DNA from: Eledone cirrhosa
Lineage: Eukaryota
DNA: 64,000 bases
Direction: 5' to 3'
Assembly: GCA_964016885.1 (NCBI GenBank)
Contig: OZ024752.1
Coordinates: 5,890,001 to 5,954,000 of the forward strand
The notes below the pieces were generated by a model, which saw nothing but the letters and a program-made list of their open reading frames with translations, was not told the DNA's origin and searched no databases. The first letter of the stretch is position 1; each line of letters begins with the position of its first letter. This document shows, one piece after another, positions 41,476 through 54,315 of this stretch. The position numbers and the translations under genes were made by a program.

Positions 41476-41710
41476 TATATATCTAAATAGTGGTGAATAT
41501 ATTTTCAAATTTTCCAATGTTTTTTTTAATTAACCCCAAAAGAAATTAATGACAATGAAATATTTGTTTTTTATTATCAAACTCTCCTCCACAAAGAATT
41601 TTAGTGAGACCAAACCCAAATAATAATTTCTAAATTAGACATTGATAGAACCACAGAATATTTCCGACAGTAATTTATAATTAATAGAAATAACAATCCC
41701 ATACAGGGAT

Positions 41711-41770
<60 letters not shown>

Positions 41771-41868
41771 ATATGTAGGAGGTGAGTTTTATTGTAGTAC
41801 AATAAAGCAATGCAGATATCGGATAAGAAGCACTCTACAGTTTGTAGGACTGGAGTATACATAATATA

Positions 41869-42049
41869 TAAGAACAAAAGATGGTTAAAAGAGTTCCATG
41901 TATTTTATTATGCGCATTTCAAAAACAAATATCATCATGCAATAATATTTGTGTTTTCAATGAAAACACAAATATTATTGCATGATGATATTTGTTTTTG
42001 AAATGCGCATAATAAAATACATGGAACTCTTAACCATCTTTTGATCTTA
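41869..42049. repeat. Near-perfect palindrome of about 180 bp
   Basis: Arms of about 90 bp around a single A at 41960 (…GTGTTTTCA-A-TGAAAACAC…). Confidence 0.95.
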
Positions 42050-42123
<74 letters not shown>

Positions 42124-42214
42124 CTCTTTTACCTGTTTCAGCCATCTGGCTGAGGCCATGCTGGGGCACTGCCCTTGTATATATATATACATATCATAAA
42201 ACATGTCTATAGAA

Positions 42215-42420
42215 TCACCAGATAAAATATATACCGTTTTCTCTCCCAATTAGCATAATTAACCATATAAAAAATCGATTAGACCAAGCTATAAGAATAA
42301 AGGCTTCTATGAAGAAATCTCCGACAAATAACCGAAAGCAGCCCCTTCGCCGCGGTTGCGACGGAGTATTTATCGAGTATTTCGACAGCGTGTATAAATC
42401 GACCAGATATACAGTCAACT
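42215..42420. promoter_or_regulatory. CpG-rich unique segment; candidate promoter or non-coding first exon
   Basis: 13 CpGs in about 170 bp (42234-42402) against a CpG-poor background, with no homolog elsewhere in the window; possible minus-strand donor CTG|GTGATT near 42218. Confidence 0.4.
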
Positions 42421-42816
42421 AAACAGAATTAGGTGTAAAATAAACTAGGAGAAAGGTGAACATATTTATATATAGTCATTATTATAATTACTCCACTGTG
42501 CCTATGTAAATATGACAACTGATTCATAATTCAATGTCCTGTGTCATGTGAAACCACATTAGCAAGTTAGTCTTAAAAAGTATAAAACAGCAATATGACT
42601 GCATCATATTAAATATTGAAGTCTTTAACACTGCAAGATTTTTCATGATCTCTCCACTAATAAAGATACTATAAACATTTGAATTAACAAATCACATGAA
42701 ACCACATTATCAAGATATCCTTGAAAAATATAAAACAGCACCATGACTGCATCATATTAAATAGTAAAATTTTTACTATGATCTGTCCACTAGCAAGCAT
42801 ACTATAAACATTTGAA

Positions 42817-43248
42817 TTAACCCTTTAGCATTCACATTATTTTATATATGCTATGGCGGTGGATTGGCAGTATCGGTAGAAGGTCGGACGCCATGCTTTC
42901 CAGCATAGTTACGTCCCTTTACGATCTGAGTTCAAATCCCGCCGAGGTTAACTTTGCCTTTCATCCTTACAGGGGTCGATAAAATAAAGTACCAGTAATG
43001 CACTGGATAATTGCTGGCCTTGTGCCTAAAGTAGAAACAATTATTTTATATATGCTATTATATTTTCATGGTAAAGGCTTTCCCTCACATAATTATCTCA
43101 CATAATATCGAATCTATGAGATTTTTAAAGTATTTATTTTGAGAACAATACCTTAACATCAGTTTGAGCGACCAGTTACAGCCAGTTTCAACAGAAAGAG
43201 GTAGAGAATTCTGGCCAGTTTGGGCCAGTTTGAACATTAAAGGGTTAA
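42817..43248. mobile_element. TTAA-flanked MITE family 1
   Basis: Ends TTAACCCTTTAGCATT...ATTAAAGGGTTAA; interrupted by a SINE. Confidence 0.8.
42855..43039 (+). mobile_element. SINE family A with 19-bp TSD, nested in a MITE
   Basis: TSD ATTATTTTATATATGCTAT at 42836-42854 and 43040-43058. Confidence 0.92.
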
Positions 43249-43984
43249 CAAGCTGCATGAAACCACATTAGCAGGACATTATTACAAAGTATAAAGTAGC
43301 TTTTACTGTGAAGCTGAAAATTTTCACAAAGATCAGGCCACTTGTGAAGATACTTTAACCATTTGAATTAAACCTGTTTTTCGATAGTCTTATGCTAAAT
43401 CATTATATGAGGTTAAGAGTTAACAATTATCATTTTTATACCTTTTACCATACTTGCTGTTGTTACAACTCACACCTACGTAGGTTTAGCTTACCTCGGG
43501 TGTTTTTATGATATGGACCCCAGTCATAAGATGTTATTACAGCTAACACCTATGGAGATTTAGTTGGCCTCCTATCATGTGTATGTGTAGATGTAAATAT
43601 GTGTGTGTGTTTACATATAGGGGAGGGGTGCCTTTTTGATGTAAAGTGGTAATGTTGATGTCATGATAAAATACACCCAATCCACTCTAAAAAGTGGTAG
43701 TGCTGGTGCCATGATAAAAAAAAAGTACCCAGTACACTCTGTATGGAATAGTACGATAATATACTTCCAGTATCTAGCAGTAGAAACCATGACAAAAAGA
43801 GAAGATATGAACAAGATATGCTCACCTGAATGATCTGACCTCTAAACAGAGAACTATTACAAGTAAATATTTAAAGAACTCAAAAGAAACAATATTAAAC
43901 ACAACATTACAACCTATGTGGTGACAGTCAAGTTTGCAATTTTCAACTGTCGAAAATTGCAAACTTGACTGTCACCACAGAATA

Positions 43985-44023
43985 TGAACCTGAAGATTGC
44001 GAAAGCATGAAAGTACTTGTTCA
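43985..44023 (+). ncRNA. Minimal type-I hammerhead ribozyme motif
   Basis: TGAAC-CTGAAGA-T-TGC[GAAA]GCA-T-GAAA-GTAC-TT-GTTCA. Stem I is TGAAC/GTTCA, the core is intact, helix III is palindromic (AAGTACTT), and the CUU cleavage triplet ends at 44018. Confidence 0.75.
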
Positions 44024-44187
44024 ATTAACACTTAACATTTAATATTCTACCATACTATTTCATTCTAATACCATTATAAATTTTAAAGGATTGTAAATAA
44101 AACGAGTAAATCAGACAAAGTTGGAATTCCTTTTATTAATATATACATATATATATACATACATATATATATACATATATATATATG

Positions 44188-44372
44188 TGGAAGCACATGG
44201 CTTAGTGGTTAGCAATCTTGGGCTTGCAATCGAAAGGTTGTGAGTTCAATTCTCAGACCGGGTGATGTGTTGTTTCCTTGAGCAAGACACTTTATTTCAC
44301 ATTGCTCCAGTTTACTCAGCTGTAGAAATGAGATGATAGGACTGGGGCCCCTATAATTCCACTGCAAAGTGG
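44188..44372 (+). mobile_element. SINE family B (different tail)
   Basis: Head and centre nearly identical to 60490-60631. Diverged copies at about 3300-3410(-), 7420-7545(-), 8880-9160(-), 16897-16955, 26770-26890, 27745-27900 and 39418-39540. Confidence 0.82.
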
Positions 44373-44638
44373 TCATATATATACACACATATATATATAT
44401 ATATATAAATATATACACACATATATACACACATATATATATATATATAAATATATACACACATATATACACACACATATATAGATATATACACACACAC
44501 ACACATATATATATATATACACACACACATATATATATATATACACATATATATATATATATATACACATATATATATATATATATATACACATATATAT
44601 ATATATATATACACACACATATATATATATATATACAC

Positions 44639-44669
<31 letters not shown>

Positions 44670-44680
44670 TATATATATAT

Positions 44681-45970
44681 AACTTTGAATAACTTTGAAA
44701 TGTTTTGGCCAGTATTGGCCCAGGCCATGTCTAACTTAATAGCACCACCTGGCGAAGTCTTTCAATTCAGGATTTGGGCACCATGGCCCATTCGAGAAGA
44801 GAATTACTGTTTGCGGAGACATATCCGGGTGTGGGTGGTTTGTCCGGGATTACTTGGAGGAATTTGTCCAAAGACTTCTTGAATTTTGTGTGGTCAGTTT
44901 CTGTTTTGACGTGTCCTGGTGTGATGTTGAAGAGAGCAGGGCCGATTGAGGTGAAATAATTGTGCCGTATTGTTGTTATGAGTTGCGATTTAGATTTTTG
45001 AATGGGACGGATAGCACGGGGCCCAAGCCTTGGGTGTATCTTGAAGGCGATGCCAACATCATTTGGGCAGTGATGATGGAACATTTTCCACATCATGCAG
45101 ATAATATAACGCTCACGGCGACGTTGGAGTGAGTAAAGTTTCAGGTTTTCCAATCGACCCCAGTAGTCAAGGTCTGACATGCCATCTATCTTTTTCGTGA
45201 TTGCCCTTTGAGGAGCTTCAAGTTTCATGATACTTTGTTTCGTGTGGGGAGACCACAGTGGACAACAGTATTCAAGGTGTGGTCGGGCGAAAGTAGAGAA
45301 GAGAAGGATAATGGTGCGGGAATCTCTCGACTGGAAGGTTCTGAGGATCCAGGAACACATTCTGCGGGCCATGTCAACTTTGCTGCTTATATGCGTGGTC
45401 CAGCTTATGTTGCTGTCCACGGTTACTCCCAAGTCTCTGATGTTGTTAGATGCCACGAGAGTTTCCCCGGAGGGAAGGGAGTACGGGAGTTTCAGAGCAT
45501 CCTCTTTTCCAAAGTGGATCAGTTCGAATTTGTCTTCGTTCAGTAACATGTTGTTCTTTTCTGCCCATTGGGTAACAGCCAGTAGGTCTGACTGAAGGCT
45601 TATCCGGTCATCCACGCCATTGATGACCTTTTGGAGCTTGGAATCATCAGCGAAAATTTTAATGTTGCTGTGTTTGATGATGTCAGTGATGTCATTAATA
45701 TAGATGATGAAGAGAAGTGGGCCCAACACAGTGCCTTGTGGGACTCCACTACTGACTTTGGCTGGGCTTGATTTGACTCCCTCAACTACAACATGTTGGG
45801 TTCTGTTTGACAGGAAGCTCTTGATCCACTGCAGCAGCTTTCCAGTGACACCAATATTGGACAGCTTTCTCAGTAGAATGTTATGATCAACCCTGTCAAA
45901 GGCCTTGCTGAAATCAAGGTAGATAACATCAGTGTTGGAACCCTCTCCCAAGGCTCTCAAAATGTCATCA
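44681..45970 (-). mobile_element. 5'-truncated CR1/L2-group LINE with uninterrupted RT C-terminal ORF
   Basis: [37 protein letters not shown] and RPHLEYCCPLWSPH; no stop from about 45970 to 44767; short tandem 3' tail TTCAAAGTTA x2; inserted in a TA/CA microsatellite. Confidence 0.92.
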
Positions 45971-47978
<2,008 letters not shown>

Positions 47979-47979
47979 A

Positions 47980-48588
47980 AGCATAAATGAATTGAGAGAG
48001 AGACTGAGCATAAGAGGAATCAAATGCTGCGTGCAGGAGAGGCGGTTACGCTGGTATGGACATGTGATGCGTATGAAGGATGACAGCTGCATAAAAAGGT
48101 GCAGAGCACTAGAAGTTGATGGAAACCGCGGAGTGGGGAGACCCAAGATGACTTGGGATGAGGTGATAAAAGCCGACCTTACCCAACTACACCTCTCAAA
48201 GTCAATGACACACGACCGTGACTTCTGGCGTCACGCAGTAATACAGGGTACCCGACCTCCCATGGGTACATGCTGAAGCATATAAACAATATGCCCCCCC
48301 CCCCCCCCCCCACCGCAAGGTGGTCGTGGAGGTGCCACGGCAAAAAAGCACCCAGCCCACACTGTAAAGTGGACGTGTAGGCGCCACGAAAAAGCACCCA
48401 GCACTCACTGTAAATGAGGTTGGTGTTAGGAAGGGCATCCAGCTGTAGAAATCAAGCCAGATCAGTTCCTGTATGAGCAAGGCATGGTCAGCCGACCAGA
48501 CACTGCCCACAACAGGACAACCCGTCTAACCCATGCTAGCGTGGAAGAACGGACGTAAAACGGTGATGATGATGATGATGATGATGAT
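47980..48588 (+). mobile_element. RTE LINE 3' fragment with (GAT)n tail
   Basis: ERLSIRGIKCCVQERRLRWYGHVMRMKDDSCIKRC...GRPKMTW, followed by a 3' UTR and a GATGATGAT tail. Confidence 0.9.
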
Positions 48589-48721
48589 ACACACACATAT
48601 AGATATATATACACACATACATACATACACCCACACAGAGAAAACAGAAATGGAACAAACACTTCAACAATGACAACCAGCTGACAAGTAAAAGTATGTT
48701 AATCACACACATGGCTTACTG

Positions 48722-50072
48722 TGTCATTACACACACACACACACAGATTGCTGTCTCATTACACACACACAGGTTGCTGTCATTACACACACACATACAC
48801 ACACAGATTGCTGTCTCATTACACACACACAGGTTGCTGTCATTACACACACACACACACACACACACAGGTTGCTGTCATTACACACACACATACACAC
48901 ACACAGGTTGGTGTCTCATTACACACACACAGGTTGCTGTCATTACACACACACACACACACACACAGGTTGGTGTCTCATTACACACACACAGGTTGCT
49001 GTCATTACACACACACACACACACAGATTGCTGTCTCATTACACACACACAGATTGCTGTCTCATTACACACACACAGGTTGCTGTCATTACACACACAC
49101 ATACACACACACACAGATTGCTGTCTCATTACACACACACAGGTTGCTGTCATTACACACACACACACACACAGATTGCTGTCTCATTACACACACACAG
49201 ATTGCTGTCTCATTACACACACACAGGTTGCTGTCATTACACACACACATACACACACACACAGATTGCTGTCTCATTACACACACACAGGTTGCTGTCA
49301 TTACACACACACATACACACACACACAGATTGCTGTCTCATTACACACACACAGGTTGCTGTCATTACACACACACATACACACACACACAGATTGCTGT
49401 CTCATTACACACACACAGGTTGCTGTCTCATTACACACACACAGATTGCTGTCTCATTACACACACACAGATTGCTGTCTCATTACACACACACAGGTTG
49501 CTGTCATTACACACACACATACACACACACACAGATTGCTGTCTCATTACACACACACAGGTTGCTGTCATTACACACACACATACACACACACACAGAT
49601 TGCTGTCTCATTACACACACACAGGTTGCTGTCATTACACACACACATACACACACACACAGGTTGCTGTCTCATTACACACACACAGGTTGCTGTCTCA
49701 TTACACACACACAGGTTGCTGTCATTACACACACACATACACACACACACAGGTTGCTGTCTCATTACACACACACAGATTGCTGTCTCATTACACACAC
49801 ACAGGTTGCTGTCTCATTACACACACACAGGTTGCTGTCATTACACACACACATACACACACACACAGGTTGCTGTCTCATTACACACACACAGGTTGCT
49901 GTCATTACACACACACATACACACACACACAGGTTGCTGTCTCATTACACACACACAGATTGCTGTCTCATTACACACACACAGGTTGCTGTCTCATTAC
50001 ACACACACAGGTTGCTGTCTCATTACACACACACACAGGTTGCTGTCATTACACACACACACACACACACAG
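48722..50072. repeat. Microsatellite-containing minisatellite
   Basis: AG(G/A)TTGCTGTC(TC)ATT modules separated by variable (AC)n runs. Confidence 0.95.
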
Positions 50073-50084
50073 AGGGACACACTC

Positions 50085-50117
<33 letters not shown>

Positions 50118-50404
50118 TATATACACCCACACACGTATATACACTCACACATATCTTGCTGTTTGTTCTGTATCATGCTGTTACTTTACACACACCCACA
50201 CAGTCACAAACATGTGCATAGTCACACATGTATACAGTCACACACGCATACAGTCATACATGTATAGTCACACACACACACGTATACAGTCGTAAGTCTT
50301 CTGTCCTGAGACATCTGACTGTTGCAATGAAGCTAGATATGCAATAAACCAACCAACTATTGTCTATCTATCAGGCTATCTGTCTATCCATCTATCTATC
50401 TATC

Positions 50405-51460
50405 TATTGTATGTAAACTTCCCCCTTTGTATTTGTCCCCTTCTTTTGTGCCCCTGTGGCTAATAAAGAAATATATCTATCTATCTATCTTTAGGTACCA
50501 CTTTAGAAGGAGAATCAGGAGTGGAGAGAGAGGCACTGCACCCCAGTAAATTTACTGAAAGGTGGGTGAATGAAGCGAAAATGGCCCGAGTGATTGGGCC
50601 TTCTCTCTTTATAAGCCTGTAGGTTAAAGAAGAGAGCAAAAGGAAGAAAAGAGCACTTGCACAACACGCTCCTGAAGTTGAGGGTTGTTCTATTGATGGG
50701 GTATTAAACAACCCATTTGTGGCGCCTTCCCCCTATTGGGGATTTCGATTGTTGTAATTGTTTGTTTTATATTTTTTACACGACTGTATGTAAAATCCCC
50801 GGCACGTCTTTTTGTCCCCTTTTCTTGTGCGCCCTTGTGGCTAATAAAGAAATATATCTATCAATCCATCTATCTGTCTATCTATTTATCAGTCTATCTA
50901 TCTATGTGCCGTCAGGTGCTCACAGCCCTCTACCAAGCGGAAACGGCAATCAGCGGAGACTCCACTTCGACATTCCATAGGGGATTAGTGGAGGATAAGT
51001 GCGACGACATTCTCGGGGAAACTCTAGGCATCGAGGAGGACGAACTGACCAGTCTGTTTGGGAGGACTTTCCGTCCAGGGCCTATGGATAACTTCCAGAT
51101 GTCTCTGGCCTGGCAGTGCTACCGAGGAGCTCTACCAGCTTGAGACAAAATCTACAGGCACGGACGCCCTGGCAGAGATCCTGCCAAAAGGACTTGTCCA
51201 AGATGCGAGCAGGACATCAAAACCTTTCTGCACGCAATTGCTCAGTGCCCAGGAGTGACCGACCTGTGGAATTATGTCGAACAGCTACTGTCACGTGTGG
51301 GACGCATCCAGTTGTCAGCTGAGTCCATCGTGAGGATCACCCCACCGCCTTCATTTAAGAACGAAGGAGAAGCGGTTTTCCTCTGTCTGGTGGCTATGGC
51401 GAAAGAGATATGGTGGACAAGGTTAAAAGGACTGAGGACAAACACCTTTCTCTCCGGATA
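50405..51460 (+). mobile_element. Stack of Tx1/L1-type 3' fragments in (CTAT)n
   Basis: Tail CC.TGTGGCTAATAAAGAAATATATCTATC occurs twice (about 50442 and 50833); zinc-knuckle-like CPRCEQD...HAIAQC...LWNYVEQLL at 51190-51290. Confidence 0.7.
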
Positions 51461-51692
51461 TTTAACTATTTTAATACAACTGACACCATATTACTTGACC
51501 TACGATTTAATTAGCTCAGTGAAAATATATATCTTCTTGAATATACAGTGACTGATCAGCCTGATTTGCATATTGCCATTCTATTTATATACCAACAGAA
51601 GAGCAAGAATGACGAGGTCATTCTACTTACATGGCTTAAGAGGCTGTTTGCATAATTGCAAACAAATCGTAAATTATTATTAATAATAATTA

Positions 51693-51892
51693 NNNNNNNN
51701 NNNNNNNNNNNNNNNNNNNNNNNNNNNNNNNNNNNNNNNNNNNNNNNNNNNNNNNNNNNNNNNNNNNNNNNNNNNNNNNNNNNNNNNNNNNNNNNNNNNN
51801 NNNNNNNNNNNNNNNNNNNNNNNNNNNNNNNNNNNNNNNNNNNNNNNNNNNNNNNNNNNNNNNNNNNNNNNNNNNNNNNNNNNNNNNNNNNN
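51693..51892. other. Assembly gap (200 N)
   Basis: Run of exactly 200 N, probably a fixed-size scaffolding spacer. Confidence 0.99.
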
Positions 51893-52194
51893 ATGGCCTC
51901 AGCTGCAACACAAATAAACCATCATTTTATGTCTGCCCTTTCATGTTTGTATATGTTGGATGGTTTCTCTTCGGTCCATTCTGCCTCCACTTGTGTTCCC
52001 TCATCATTTCCTCTGTTCAGTTCAGTTCAGCTCACACCCCACGACTTTCTTATGAAAGACATTGCTTAGAATTTTCAAATGATTTTTAAAATATTCAACA
52101 ATTCCAAGTGATTAAACAACATAACCTTTTCATTAAGAATTTGTCTGTATCCTTTTAGTTTATTCTAAATTTCTGTTGTCTGTGTATTTTCCAG

Positions 52195-52452
52195 TTTTGT
52201 CAGCCAGCAGGATGGCAGTTATCAACCCAAAGGTTGCAGCCGACATTTTTTGCAGCTGTCTTGACAGACATTGATGCCGACAGACATTACTGCGCGTGCA
52301 TGACATTCAATGAAGCAGTTGCCATGACACCCACCAAACCAGATGATGAAGAAGAAGAACAAGATGGTTCAGCTTTGGTGCATCATTCTTTAATGTTTGC
52401 TCCTAAAACCATCCTGCTTGTCTCTCGAATGAATAACTTTGAGGCTTTAAAG
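52195..52452 (+). CDS. SBF2: SET-binding factor (SBF1/SBF2; MTMR5/MTMR13) exon, uDENN domain
   Basis: ttttccAG acceptor and AAG|GTAAC donor; 258 nt, phase 0-0. Translates FCQPAGWQLSTQRLQPTFFAAVLTDIDADRHYCACMTFNEAVAMTP...HHSLMFAPKTILLVSRMNNFEALK, matching the recalled Sbf FCQP.GW...VLTDIDANKHYCAC...HHSVMYAPK. SBF1 versus SBF2 cannot be resolved. Confidence 0.93.
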
Positions 52453-52561
52453 GTAACAAACTTGATCAACATTCTTCAATGAAATTTATTTCTTTTAAAT
52501 AAAGTTTTATTTGAAATTTTTGTACTTTTAGTGAAATTTGACTCCATGTTTCCTCGTTTCA

Positions 52562-52990
52562 ATTAACTCTATTTCATTACCATATTTCTAATGAAAGACA
52601 CTGTCTATGTCATTAACCCTTTCATTACCACATTTCTAATGAAAGACACTGTCTATGTCTTTAACCCTTTCATTACCATATTTCTAATTAAAGACACTGT
52701 CTATGTCTTTAACCTTTCCATTACGATATTTCTAATGAAAGACATTGTCTATGTCTTTAACCCTTTTATTACCATATTTCTAATGAAAGACACTGTCTAT
52801 GATTTTCAAATCATATTTGAAGAGATTTAAGGATACTACTTTCTTGTTATTAAGATGGTGTTTTGAACATAATTAAGATTCTTACATAAGATTATTAGGG
52901 AAGGTTTTTAGATAAATATAAACACTTTAAAACAGTCTTATGTCATGGAATTGGGGACATTTTCAGGTATTTTGGTATCAAAAAGGTTGA
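52562..52990. mobile_element. TTAA MITE family 2 with tandemly amplified 48-bp left end
   Basis: (TTAACCCTTTCATTACCATATTTCTAATGAAAGACACTGTCTATGTCT) x about 5, ending GGTATCAAAAAGGTTGA. Related bodies at about 12236-12450, 15778-16187, 29310-29502, 35295-35660 and 61130-61520. Confidence 0.72.
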
Positions 52991-53362
52991 CATCCTGTAA
53001 TAACTAAAATTCAAATGTTTATAGTATCTTTACTAGGGGACAGGTTGTAACAGATTTAAAGACATTTTAATGTGAGGCATAATGGCTTTGTGTTGTTCCA
53101 AAATGTCTTGCTAATGTGGTTTCATGTGGTTTGTTAATTCAAATATTCATAGTATCTTTACTATTGGACAGATCAGTGAAAATTCCACAATAAACTAAAT
53201 GCTTTGATTTTTTTAATCTGATGCAGTCAGTGTTCTTGTGTAATTTTCAAAAATGTTTTGTTGATGTGGTTTCATGTGGTATAGGATGTTAAAAGTTAAA
53301 ATGTTATTTAACATAAATCAGGAATTAAAAGAATTTATTATTTTTTTTATTTCTATTTTCAG

Positions 53363-53465
53363 AACTGTCTTGGCATAATTTATACTGTTTTCATTGAAAA
53401 TTTACAATATAGTTTGGAAACTATCGTTGGCAATATTTTGGGCGGTGTACATGTTCCACCTTCTG
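53363..53465 (+). CDS. SBF2: SBF (MTMR5/13) exon, DENN region
   Basis: ttttcAG acceptor and G|GTGAG donor; 103 nt, phase 0-1. Translates NCLGIIYTVFIENLQYSLETIVGNILGGVHVPPS(G). Absent from the ORF track. Confidence 0.92.
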
Positions 53466-53865
53466 GTGAGTATAGTTTTTAAATTCCAGAAATGCTTACT
53501 AAAAAATAAAAAACAAAACAAACAGGAAAGGATCAGGACCACACACCGTCAGGGGCTTCATTTTAAAAAATATATTTTTATTTTATTAGTTTTTAGTTTT
53601 TAACACTAAACGAACATTTTAAAATAATTTAATTTTGTAATCATTAAATAATAATTATTATTTTAATTTTTTTACCCAAATATTTTTAGAGAAAGGCCTC
53701 AATTTTCATATATCTTAGGCTCCTAGAACCACAGAAACAATATTTCCATTTGGTCTTTCCATTGTTGTTGTTATCTGCTGGTTACAACTCCTGACAGAGG
53801 TCTGTGGAATTTGAACTCAGTTTACATAGTCTACAGAACCACTTTACAGTGTGGACTGGGTGCTT

Positions 53866-53926
<61 letters not shown>

Positions 53927-54000
53927 TGTAATGATTGTATATTGTGTTGTGACAAAGTTGAACTGTGATGTGATGTTTACACCTTAATTTTCTATTCCAG

Positions 54001-54117
54001 GTGGTCCTCAAGTCCGTTTTTCAATTGGTGGGGGTGACCGACAAGCTTTACAACCTCCACTAAGTAATACTATTCCTGTCACAAACTCATCAGTTGCATT
54101 GCTATTCAGTCAATTTG
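54001..54117 (+). CDS. SBF2: SBF (MTMR5/13) exon, DENN region
   Basis: ttccAG acceptor and G|GTAAG donor; 117 nt, phase 1-1. Translates (G)GPQVRFSIGGGDRQALQPPLSNTIPVTNSSVALLFSQF(G), matching the Sbf GGPQVRFSIGAGDKQSLQPP segment. Confidence 0.92.
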
Positions 54118-54315
54118 GTAAGCCTATATTATTGTTATTTTTATTATGTTTTTTGTTGTTCCTCAGTATTTTAGATTGATGTCAACCTCTCTCCTGCAGA
54201 CTTTAGGTATATCTGTCACCTTATAGTTCCTACTGTAACAACCAAACTATGTCACCTTTCTGTAGAATCAGGAAATTCCCGCATTAATATCCACCATCTT
54301 CAACTCACCACAGTC

